Shown in pieces: positions 43,901 to 55,600 of a DNA stretch of 64,000 nucleotides. Under the pieces are notes generated by a model. It was not told where the DNA came from and did not search any database. It saw nothing but the letters and a program-made list of their open reading frames with translations. A program made the position numbers and the translations under genes. The first letter of the stretch is position 1. Every line of letters begins with the position of its first letter. The stretch comes from Cyanophora paradoxa CCMP329 (Eukaryota; Plantae; Glaucophyta). The stretch is from assembly GCA_004431415.1 (NCBI GenBank), contig QPMI01000114.1, forward strand, positions 69,312 through 133,311, in the 5' to 3' direction.

Positions 43901-45979
43901 GCTCTTCCGCCTGATGAGCGTGAGGAGGTCGCGGTGCCTGACCTCTCTCTCCTCCACATCCTCTCGGTCCCAGATTTTTCTGGACCCATTTTACGCAGTA
44001 CAGTTAACCCCACCTTCTGCCTTCGATCACTTGGAGCAGTCCTCGCTGGCGTATTTTCCATACAGCAGGTTGCTCGCGCTCGGTGCGATCAAGAGGAGGC
44101 TGACGTTGATGCACCTTCTTACAACCGTGCCGCGCTTGTTGCCGCCTGGGACAGAAATATGTCATCCCTAGAGTTCACCCTTCCACAGGCCTCGGCCTTG
44201 TTGGAAGAGCGGCGCGCTCGTTTGGCTGCTGCTGATGCTGATGATCAGGTTGCCACGGATGATGACGAACATAATTCAGAGTCTAGTGCCGGTTCTCATC
44301 GTTCTAATTCAAGCTCTGATTCTGACTCGTCCGGCGCTCCTTCTTCGGGCGGCGCTGACGACGACCTCGTCTCTTCGCGTGACATTAATTCTGTCCTCCG
44401 GAATCCAGCGGAGTTCGCCGTTCGTGGGGATGTCCCGTTGGGGATCCCTGGTGGTCGCCCGCCTCCTGCGCCCTCCCCTCCTGTCCTGGCCCCTATAGTG
44501 ACCCTCGGGCCCGTCCCCATTCCAGCTCTAGCTGCCCCTCTCGACGCTCCTTTCCCCCCATTCCCTGCGGTCCCGATTCCTGTGCTCCTTGGACTGCTGG
44601 CCCCGCCTCTACCTCCTCCCTCCATACAGCTTGCTGTCACGGGGCCTCTTCACTTGCCAGTTCCCCGGCAAGTCCCTGGTCATCTTGCAGCGCCGTACCC
44701 CTTCTGGCCTCTTCCCCTTGCTCCTCCACTCCCGCCCCCGCGCGGCACTCTTTCTGACATACTCCTGGTTCAGCCCCCTCTTCAGCCCATCCTTCTTGCC
44801 CCTGCTTCTGCAACTGTGACGCCGAGCGGCACTATCTTTTTGAATGCCCCTCCCGCTGCTACGTCCCCGGTCTCTTTACGTCTGCATCCACTTTCCCGGA
44901 TCCGAGTGCACGCCTCCTCGCCTCCAGAGCTCGCCATCACTCCGGCCTCCCTCGCCTCTGCTCTTGATTCTCCATACCCTTCGACCAGCCACACGATATC
45001 TCCTCCTCCACGTGCACCCTCCCTTCCCCCCTCGAGCTCCTCGGCATCTGCCCCGCTTCCGAGTGTCGGCGAGACTGTCCTCTTTTCGGTCTCCCCGTCA
45101 TTCCGACTCCCTGCTCCCCCTTCAGCGCCTCGGGTCCCTTCTGCAGGTCCTGTCCCACTTCCTGGCGCTCGTGAGATTCGCCGCCGGCGCCCTCGTCGGG
45201 CCCTTGCGCCCTCGAGCCCGTCTCTCTCTGCGCCGCCCATGGCCCCCGTGTCGTCTGATCCGGCGCCACCCGACCTTCCTTCTGTTTCGCTGCCCTCTCT
45301 TCGGCGCCGGCAGCGATCCTCGTCACCTGCTCGTGACCCTTCCCCTGCCTCCGACCCCTCCTTGGCTCCCTCCTTGCCTCTTCCGCCTCGTAGACCTCCG
45401 CCGTGTTCCCGTCGTCGGATCTCTAGATCGACCCTCGACTCTCCGCCTTCCGCTGTCTGCGGGGTTCCTCCGCCGCCGTGCTCAGCGCCGGCAGTCAGTG
45501 CTTTTCTCGATAACCCCCCCGTCTTGGCTCCTCGGGGGCCTCTTCGTCGTCGTCGTTCGCTGGGTTCCGGCTCCGGGTCAGATTTCTCGCCGGGCTTCCC
45601 TTCTCCCGGCCCTGCTCCCGGGCCCTCAGCTCCGGGACCGGCTTCTCCGCTCTCTTCCCGGACTCATGGTCGCACCCGTCGCCGGCTTGCCGAGCCTGCG
45701 TCTTCTTCTGGTTCTCTCCGGCGGGTTGCCGGGCCGGGCCCTCCGGTCCTTGTCCTTGGCGCCGAGCCGCCGCCTCTAGATCTGGCTTCGAATTCGTCTT
45801 CTGCTTTGCTGGTCGTATCCCGCCGACGCCGGCGTTCTCCGACTAGTTTAGTTCGGTCTGATTCGGATTCCGATCGTAGTGTAGATGCTCGAATTACTCT
45901 CCGTGCTAGTCCTTTTACTCGACCTGTCGTTCGCCGTCGTTGCAGTTCGATTGCCCGCCTCGGCCCCAGCCGACTTTAG
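40943..45979 (+). pseudogene. LINE-C ORF2 remnant (RT, zinc knuckle, long Pro/Ser tail), frameshifted
   Basis: KSPGIDGLPAEFY, RRPISL, LDFSKAYDRV, GVRQGGPLSP, QFADD, KYLG, GGLN, CRVC..HVFSEC. Confidence 0.88.
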
Positions 45980-46472
45980 TGATTCCTTTGACTGTCCTTC
46001 TGCCTGTTTTTGATCCGCCTAATCCGTCTTCTGTATCCTCCTCATGCCGTAGCTCTGCCCTTTCGCATCGTCCTGCTTTGCCTCAGCCTCCACATCGTCT
46101 TGTTGTTCCGCTTACCTGTCTGCTTCCTGTGATTTATCTTTCTCAATTCTGTCTTCCGCTTGTTAGTGATGTGGATCACTTCGCTGTTGATGGTATTTCT
46201 AGCTCTAGCTCTCCTTCTTGTCTGTCGTCCTTTAAATCTACTTCTAGATCTGCTCCGTCTGGTTCGCTTACTGTGTCTTCTCGATCCGCGCATTTCATTG
46301 TCTCTAGATCTGCGTCTTTCCTTTTTATTGTCGATTTTGGCTCTTTGTCTTGTCTTTCTTCGTCATATTGTCTTAGTTACTTTGCTTCGAGTCTTTTGTC
46401 TATATGCCCCCTGGGCAGCCCCCGCAGTGCTGGTGTCTAGAGACTGTGGCCGGTAATTCACCAAAAACAAAA
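40943..46472 (+). mobile_element. LINE-C: 5'-truncated L1/Tx1-clade non-LTR retrotransposon
   Basis: 10-bp TSD ttgcggcacc (40933-40942, 46473-46482); A-rich tail aaaaacaaaa; RT motifs. Confidence 0.88.
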
Positions 46473-46558
46473 TTGCGGCACCAAATTAATGCGTTTTGAA
46501 GCCTTTTCGCTGCCGCAGTGCTGTAGGGGGTACACACCGCAGTTTCTTAGCGCTTCTA

Positions 46559-46626
46559 TATTAATGCGCCCCCAAATTAATGCGTTTTGCCAGCGGAAAA
46601 CGCATTAATTTGGGGGCGCATTAATA
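46559..46626. repeat. Perfect 30-bp inverted repeat with an 8-nt loop inside the MITE
   Basis: tattaatgcgcccccaaattaatgcgtttt-gccagcgg-reverse complement. Confidence 0.92.
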
Positions 46627-46678
46627 CTATGTGCGCACTAATATTCTGTTATACGGTACACTGATATCAGTATCGGGA

Positions 46679-49189
46679 TCAATGAATTCGCACACACCGA
46701 GACAATACGGCTAGGAATAGAACTGAGGTGTCCGTAATGTGTCAAGTCGAAAGATGAGCCTACTGGTTGCGCCGGGTATACGTAGGGAACCTATCAGCCA
46801 TCGGACAGGGTGGAGCTAGCCAAGGAGACGTAAACTAAAGCAAAGCTAACCCAGAGCATAGAGCTACTACCTATACATCTAGCCTAGCTTAGGACTAGGC
46901 TACAGAGAGGACTACCCAGGGGTCTACGAGAGGGAGGTAAATCAAAACACTACTACTGCTAGTGATGCCTGCCTAGGGACCGTCGGGACGTTCGGAGCTC
47001 GCGGGCTGTTCTACTGTACGGTAGGAAAGCCAGGACGGACCCGCGGTCTAATCTGCCTACTCTCGACGCGGCCGCGACTACAGCTAGCGCGGCGGGCTCC
47101 GCGTCGAGGGGGCCGCTCGCCCGAAGCGCGGGTGGAAGCACGTCGGCATAGAGGGGCCGAGGGGAATGAGGCGAGGGGGGACGTTGCGGGGAAGAAGTGG
47201 GGCGGGACGGAGAAGGTCGGCGCCGGCCGTGGCGGGGAGGGGGAGGGTCAGAAGTCTCGGTCAGCAGGGCTTCCAGCCTCGAACCAGCCGCCGCACCCCC
47301 GCCGCGGGCAATTGCGAGCCCCCCTCCGCGGCGGTCCATCAACCCACGGTCCTGGCGCGATGGCCGGGGTATCTGGTGGGTGCAACGACCAGCCGAAGCC
47401 TTCCGCCAAGCCTAGGCCTTCCGGTCCATCGTTCCCTCCCTGTCGAGGCGCGAGGAGCGTGGGCGAGGTCGTGAGTGGGAGGCAGGGCCAAGAGAGCGAG
47501 CGGGAGAGCAGAGCGGGAGAGGGAGGCAAGGCAGGCACTCGCTTGGGCGGGGGGGCCCAGCGAGTCGGTCGGGGCGGCTATAACTAGTGTGTGCGAGGCT
47601 AAGAGTAGATCAGGGAAGTTTTTCGAGGACTAGGTATGGTGAAGTAGTAGGTAGGTGGTGTCGAGAGTCGAGAGTCTCCTCCCGACGTAGCCCCCCCCCC
47701 CCCCCCCTTTCGCGCGGCTCGGGGTACCGTTTAGAGCGGGCTAGGATGTGACTCCCAAGGGCGTACCTTGACGCAATCGTAGAGCTCTTGGGCGCGGAGC
47801 GCCGCCTTCCAGCCCGCGTACTCCGGTGGGCAGTCTGCGTTCCGCGCGGCGTTGAGTAGATTGTGAAGGCGAATCGGCCCGTCGCAGGCGGCGCAGACTT
47901 CCTTACAGGTCCGGGGGCCGCGGGCCCGCTCTCGGGCGCGGGCGCCCGTGCGGGGCGGGCGCGGTCGCTTCTTTGAGGCCTGGGAGATGCGGCAGTCGCG
48001 TTCCCACTCCGCGTTGATGTCGCAGCGGCGTGACCAGAGGCGTCGGGCCCGCTCCAGAAGCGTCTGCCGAACGCGTTTAGCTGCGCGTGCCGCGTATCGG
48101 GGTGCGAGGTTCAGGCAGCGTGCGAGGGCGCTTTCTAGACTCTGCGGGGCGAGGCCCTGGAGCACCCAGAGGCGCGGATACGCGTACGGCCTACCATCGT
48201 AGCTGCGCGCTTCGGCGTCGTCGTCCGCGACGCGGAGGAAGATTGGGACCAGGTCGGGGGCAAGGAGGGCTCCTGCCGGCGGCGCTGTGAGGCCGTGGGC
48301 CTCTCTGTATGCGCAGAGGAGAAGTCGGTTCAGTTCACGAGCAGTCTCCGCGCGGTGCGCGACCGCATGCGGACCCGGGCACAGGAAGACGTGCGGGAAG
48401 GTTTCAGTCGGTCCTGCGGTAAGAGCCGTCGGTGCCCGGTTCGGGCGGCTGGGGCCCGCTGCTGGTTGGATGCGAGGCTGTTGGTGCAGTCTGGTTGTTC
48501 TGTGAGGCTGTCGGGCCGCTAGTCTCTGCACGAGGGAGCGGCGTTCTGGTGGCGCAGCCCGCACAGCGTCCCTCAGGGTTGCAGGCGGCGTAGAGTTCCT
48601 TCTGGTCACGTACCCGGACTTCGTTCGCTGGTAGCGAGCTACAGAGCAGCTCCGTCCGAAACTTGAATAGCGCGTTGCGGGCACCATTTGCGCCTTGGAA
48701 TCGGGAGCCTACGGTCGTTTCCGCATAGAGCCCTGCTATGTCTGCGCCGTCGGCGCCTCGGCGCAGGAGCGCGCCAGCCAGCGGTTGTTGGGTCCAGGCA
48801 AAGTGCTTCTGGTGCTCGTGAAGTGCGTCCATGTGTGCCTTGGGGTCCCCTTCCACCCGTCGTGTGCGCCCTTCGGGGTCGCTGATGGTGAGCACCGCAG
48901 GCATGCTGAAGGCCGGCGGCAGAAAGAGAGGTTCATGCCGGTTTTCGTCCGCTAGCTCCAGGTCGGCCGCCACGTTCGCTCCGGCGTCGGCGACGTCGTT
49001 GTGGGGGTTGCGGGCGTCGCCCTCTCTGGCCCTCTTTGGCCCTCTTGACCAGACGAAAGCGTTAACGTCAAAGTAGCCCGCGCGAGCGTTAACCGTCTGG
49101 CCCTCTTTCAGGCTCCCGTCCGTCCAGGCGTACGCTGGGGCGTCGGCCACGTAGGAGCCGCCGGACGCCGCCTCGGCCTCCAGGTGCTC
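46679..49189 (-). mobile_element. Truncated LINE-B copy with an internal RNase H deletion
   Basis: Highly similar to ~20036-22802; lacks 22338-22685, replaced by a 49-bp filler. Confidence 0.92.
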
Positions 49190-49654
49190 GACTGGATTTC
49201 CTGACGCCAGGCCATGCGACTGTCGTGGCAGACTTGTTTTTCTGATGAAGGATTATGCTCCGGCCTGCATGCCTCTGCCCCACCCGGCGAGCCGCACCGC
49301 CGTCCGGCGGCCCGTGGCGCCTCCGGTCAGTCCACCAAACCACGTTGCCAGCCCGTTGCGCTTGGAGGCTGCGTCCCACGCGGCGAGCCACAGCGCCTGC
49401 CCCGCCGGGCCGTCCGACGGTCCACCAAGCCATGCCGCCAGGCCGCCGCGCTCCGAGGCTGCGCCCCACCCGGCTAGCCACGACGTCCCGTGGCTGCCCG
49501 CTGCGCCTCCGCCCATACCGGTGCACCTGAGCAGCCGCTGAGCCAGGACATCTGCTGGTGCGTATGCGAGCCGTGACTGCTGCGGGCCTGCATGCGGGCC
49601 TGCGAGCCGGCCCGCTCCAGCCTCGAGCCGGGTCGAGCCGGGCTCCAGCGCTGT

Positions 49655-52600
49655 ACTTGATCATGAGCTCGAGGCAATTGCAGAAATTGAGGGGAGAGGC
49701 TCGAGGATCCGGAGAGTCGGCCGCGGGTCGAGCCGGGCTCCGAGGCTCGATGCAGCACTGTACTTGAGGTCGAGGCAATTGCAGAAATTGAGGGGAGATC
49801 TCCTCGTCATTAAGGGGATGGGCGAGGTTCCGGCGCAAATATATACTATTAACGTGCAGCTGCATGCAGGGCTGCGGAGGCGAGCTCGCTCGCGAGGGCG
49901 CACGGAAATATGTCCAGGCCTGTCCAGGATCGAAAATTTGCCAAGTTGGTGTCGGCTGGGTTCTGGTGCTCTTTCGCCCCCAGAGAGCTTGCGCAAAGCT
50001 TGGAAAAGCTCTCAAATGCATACTGTAGCGATGGGCATGCGGGAGGATGCGAGGGCGCGCAGAAAGATGGACACGTTCGTCAAGGATCGAATTTTCGGGG
50101 TCGGTTGGGTCCTCGCGGCCCGGCGCATCTGTAAAGCATGCAGATTGCTTTATCTTCATCTGAAATGCATATACTATTGTTCCGCGCATGCGCCGCGGCG
50201 TGGGCGCGGGGAAAGATGTCCGGGGCTGGGCAGGATCGAATGTTTGCCGCCGGGCACCTTGCTGCCCTGTTCCGCTTCGAAAAGCGGATTCCTGGAGTGC
50301 GCAGGTGCTACTATGTCTATGCGCACCAGTACGTATCGATTGCGCGCGTCGTGGGACCATTCGGAACCGGCTGGATCAAATTTTCGGTCGACTCTTAAAA
50401 AGGTTCGGGCTGGAGCGTCGACGGCGGCCGAGATCGAGCTTGCAGCGGTGCGCGCGCCCTCCGCTCTCATTCTATACCGCTCTGGGGCGTCCCTGGCGTG
50501 CTTTCGTCGCGGGACCGGGCGGGACCGGGTCCCACTTTTTGGAGTTTCGCGATCGAACCGTGGTATATACTATGATATACTGGAATCGATCCAGGAGGGA
50601 GAGCGATCGTCTTAGGGGAGCCAGGATCGAAATTGATTCTGGATATGGCGGCATGCAAGCCGGAGATTTGATCCATGAGAGGAATTGGATGGGTAGTTGC
50701 GTGATGTCAGTGCATCATGTCACTGTTGAGGTGAGTGCGTGAATTGATCCAGGACGAGTTCGGGGCGAACACGTGGGACGGACGTTTCTCGGACGTTACA
50801 GGAATTTCGGTCGCCGATCTGGATTTCCGACAAGCCCTGGGCCCTGCGGGTCCCAAACATCGGGCGAAGCCCTTGCCGCCCCTTCGCGTCCCCCTTTTTC
50901 ATCGCGGCCCGTCGCGGCCCGCCCTCGCTGTGCTCTATCTAAATCATGACTCGCCCCGGTCCCCGTCCCGGCCCCTTATTTATCGTGGCCCGTCGTGGCT
51001 CTCAGTGGATGGCCATGCATGGGTGGGGCTGGGAGTGAGAGGGGATTCGTAGGGAGGGCTTGTGAGAGGAAATATAATAAGGGAAGGCGTTGTCCTGAGA
51101 GCAGGTGTCCTGGGAGAATATAATTATGGTATTAGGGAAATTGGTGGGGCGGATCGAGAGAGAATATAATGAGGGGAGGAATGGTGCTGCCAATCAGCTG
51201 CAGGTAGTTATAGCTGTGATTGCAATTGGGGCAATTCCAGCAATTGAGGGGAGAGTGTTGAGAGGAGAGGCGAGATTGTGGCGTGCAGGCCGCCGGGCGC
51301 ATGCGTAGAGCTTGCAGATCGGTTAAACAGAATCTCGAATGTATAAAGGATCGATGTGCAGGGCTGCAGAGGCGAGGGCGCGTTGAAATATGTGCAGGCC
51401 TGTCCAGGATCGAAATTTTCGTGTCGACTGGGTTCTCGTGCTTCGTCGCGTCCGCAGAGCTTGGAGAAGGCTTTGAAAAGATGTTAAATGAATACTGTAG
51501 CGATGGGCATGCGTGGGGCTGCGAGGGCGCGCGAAAAGATGTGCAGGTTCGTGCAGGATCGAATTTTCGGGGTCGGCTGGGTCCTCGCGGCCCGGCGCAT
51601 TTGGAGCCCGTGCAAAAGGCTTCGTCTACATCTCGAATGCATATGCTATTGTTCCGCGCATGCGCCGCGGCGTCGGCGCGCGGAAAGTTGCCCGGGACTG
51701 TGCAGGATCGAATTGTTGCCGCTGGGTACCTTCCTGCACTGTTCCGGCTCCGAGAAGCGGATTCCTGGAGTGCGCAGGCCGTGCTATGTCTATGCGCGCG
51801 AGAACGCATCGATTGCGCGCGTCGTGGGACCGGGCGGGATCGGCTGGGTCGAAATTTCGGCCGACTCTTCGCACTGGAGCATCGACGGCGGCCGAAATCG
51901 AGCTCATGGTGATGTGCGCGCTCTAATCTGTAACTCTGCATCGCTCTGGGGCGTCTATGGCGGCCTTTCGTCGCGGGACCGGGCGGGACCGGGTCCCACT
52001 TTTTGGGGTTTCGCGATCGAGCCGGGGTATAAATACCGGAATTGATCCGTGAGGGAAATGCGATTTTCGCGCGACGCTCACGGGCGGAATTTTAGGGGAG
52101 CTATGACTGCGAAAAAAAATCAGTGGAGGTTGGCCGCCTGTCAGTTCTACTGTGTCACGTCGGAGACCGTTCGCCTTCATTGCGGAGGTTGCGACTCTGG
52201 ACGCTCGGACCAATTGGACTCGAGTGGAAAACAAATAGATCCGCCCGTTCACCATTGACATACGGAAGAGGCTTCACCCGACAAGCCCTGGGCCCCTGCG
52301 GGTCCCAAACATCGGGCGAAGCCCTTGCCGCCCCCTTTGCGTCCCCCTTGTTCATCGCGGCCCGTCGCGGCCCGCCCCTTCCCGTGCCATATTGATTTCA
52401 TGAGTCGCCGCGGTCCCCGTCCCGGTCCCCTTATTTATCGCGGACCGTCGTGGCTGGGCCGGGTGGGGTAGGGTGGGGTCTGGCGGGGCGATGAAATTAA
52501 AGGGGAGGGGAGGGATCCTGAGAGGGAGCAGAATTAGGGGAGGAGTTGTCCTGAGAGGAGTTGTGTTCAGAGAATATAATTATGTAATTAGGGGAATTAA

Positions 52601-55600
52601 TATTGCTGGGGCTGAGAGATCGAATATAATGAGGGGAGGGATGGTGCTGCCAATCAGCTAGCTGTAGTTGACCTGGAGGCGCTGAGGAAATTGACAGGAG
52701 AGTGTTGAGGGGAGGATTGAGAATCTCGCGGCGAGGCGCATGCGTAGAGCTTGTGAATTGCTTAAACAGAATCTGGAATGCGCTCTCTGTCGATGTGCAG
52801 GGCTACGGAGGCGAGGGCGCGCGAAAATACATGCAGGCGCTGAGGAAATTGACAGGAGAGCGTTGACGGGAGGATTGAGAATCTCGCGGCCAGGCGCATG
52901 CGTAGAGCTTGTGAATCGTTTAAACAGACTCTCGGATACATACATGATCGATGTCCAGGGCTGCGGAGGCGAGGGCGCGCGAAAATACATGCAGGCCTGT
53001 CCAAGATGGGGAATTTGGCGTCGGCTGGGTTCTCGTGCTCCGTCGCGTCCGCAGAGCTTGCGAAACGCTTTGAAAAGATGTTTAATAAATACTGTAGCGA
53101 TGGGCATGGGTGAGGACGCGAGGGCGTGCGGAAAGATGCGCAGGTCCGTCCAGGATCAAATTTTGGGGTCGGCTGGATCCTGGCGGCCCGGCGCATCAGT
53201 TAAGCATGGAGAATGCATTTTCTACATCTCCAATGCTTATACTATTGATCCGCGCATGCGCCGCGACGTCGGCGCGCGGAAAGATGTCCGGGGCCGTGCA
53301 GGATCGAATTTTTGCCATCGGGCACATTCCTGCGCTGTTCCGGCTGCGCAAAGCGGATATCTGGAGTGCGCAGGCCCTGCTATGTCTATGCGCGCCAGTA
53401 CGCATCGATTGCGCGCGTCGGGGGACCGGGCGGAACCGGCAGGATCAAAATTTCGGCCGACTCTCTGGAGTGGAGCGTCGGCGGCGGCCGAAATCGAGCT
53501 TGCCACAATGCGCGCGCTCTTGGCTGTCATTGTGACCGTTCTGGGACATCCCTGGCGCGCTTTCGTCGCGGGACCGGGCGGGACCGGGTCCCACTTTTTG
53601 GCGCTTCGCGATCGAACCGGGGGTATAAATACCGGAATCGATCCAGGAGCGAAATTCGATTTTCGCGCGGGGACCCAGGAGTCCGGACGGAATTTGAGGG
53701 GAGCCACGAGTCCAAAAATAAGTGTAATGTCCGTGTTCAGCTATGTAACGTCGGAGACCGTTCGCCTTCATCGTGGAGGTTGTCAAGCTCGACGCTCGGA
53801 CCAATCGGATTCGAGTGGAAAAAAATAATTTCGCCCGTTCACCATCGACCTACGGAAGAGGCTTCGCCCGACATGCCCTGGGCCCCTGCGGGTCCCAAGC
53901 ATCGGGCGAAGCCCTTGCCGCCCCCTTTGCGTCCCCCTTGTTCATCGCGGCCCGTCGCGGCCCGCCCCTCGCCATGCCCTATTTAAATCATGAGTCGCCG
54001 CGGTCCCCATCCCGGTCCCCTTATTTATCGCGGGCCGTCGTGGCTGGGCCGGGTGGGGTAGGGTGGGGTCTGGCGGGGCGATGAAATTAAAGGGGAGGGG
54101 AGGGATCCTGAGAGGGAGCAGAATTAGGGGAGGAGTTGTCCTGAGAGGAGTTGTGTTCAGAGAATATAATTATGTAATTAGGGGAATTAATATTGCTGGG
54201 GCTGAGAGAATATAATGAGGGGAGGGATGGTGCTGCCAATCAGCTAGCTGTAGTTGACCTGGAGGCGCTGAGGAAATTGACAGGAGAGTGTTGAGGGGAG
54301 GGGCGAGGTTCTCGCGGCCAGCTGCAGGCGCATGCACAGAGTTCATGCATCTCTTAAACAGAATCTCGCGGATGGGAGGATTGAGAATCTCGCGGCGAGG
54401 CGCATGCGTAGAGCTTGTGAATTGCTTAAACAGAATCTGGAATGCGCTCTCTGTCGATGTGCAGGGCTACGGAGGCGAGGGCGCGCGAAAATACATGCAG
54501 GCGCTGAGGAAATTGACAGGAGAGCGTTGACGGGAGGATTGAGAATCTCGCGGCCAGGCGCATGCGTAGAGCTTGTGAATCGTTTAAACAGACTCTCGGA
54601 TACATACATGATGGATGTCCAGGGATACGGAGGCGAGGGCGCGCGAAAATACATGCAGGCCTGTCCAGGATGGGGAATTTGGCGTCGGCTGGGTTCTCGT
54701 GCTCCGTCGCATCCGCAGAGCTTGCGAAACGCTTTGAAAAGATGTTTAATAAATACTGTAGCGATGGGCATGGGTGAGGACGCGAGGGCGTGCGGAAAGA
54801 TGCGCAGGTCCGTCCAGGATCAAATTTTGGGGTCGGCTGGATCCTGGCGACCCGGCGCATCAGTTAAGCATGGAGAATGCATTTTCTACATCTCCAATGC
54901 TTATACTATTGATCCGCGCATGCGCCGCGACGTCGGCGCGCGGAAAGATGTCCGGGGCCGTGCAGGATCGAATTTTTGCCATCGGGCACATTCCTGCGCT
55001 GTTCCGGCTGCGAAAAGCGGATATCTGGAGTGCGCAGGCCCTGCTATGTCTATGCGCGCCAGTACGCATCGATTGCGCGCGTCGGGGGACCGGGCGGAAC
55101 CGGCAGGATCAAAATTTCGGCCGACTCTTCGCACTGGAGCGTCGGCGGCGGCCGAAATCGAGCTTGCCACAATGCGCGCGCTCTTGGCTGTCATTGTGAC
55201 CGTTCTGGGACATCCCTGGCGCGCTTTCGTCGCGGGACCGGGCGGGACCGGGTCCCACTTTTTGGCGCTTCGCGATCGAACCGGGGGTATAAATACCGGA
55301 ATCGATCCAGGAGCGAAATTCGATTTTCGCGCGGGGACCCAGGAGTCCGGACGGAATTTGAGGGGAGCCACGAGTCCAAAAATAAGTGTAATGTCCGTGT
55401 TCAGCTATGTAACGTCGGAGACCGTTCGCCTTCATCGTGGAGGTTGTCAAGCTCGACGCTCGGACCAATCGGATTCGAGTGGAAAAAAAATAATTTCGCC
55501 CGTTCACCATCGACCTACGGAAGAGGCTTCGCCCGACAAGCCCTGGGCCCTGCGGGTCCCAACCATCGGGCGAAGCCTCTGCCGCCCCCTTCGCGTCCCC

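Larger units (their letters stand above)
40877..46656. mobile_element. Tc1/mariner (pogo/Tc2-like) MITE of ~240 bp interrupted by LINE-C
   Basis: 24-bp TIR ccgtataaca(c/g)aatatta(a/g)tgcgc (22/24 match); TA on both sides (40875-40876, 46657-46658); attaatgcg subterminal repeats. Confidence 0.85.
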
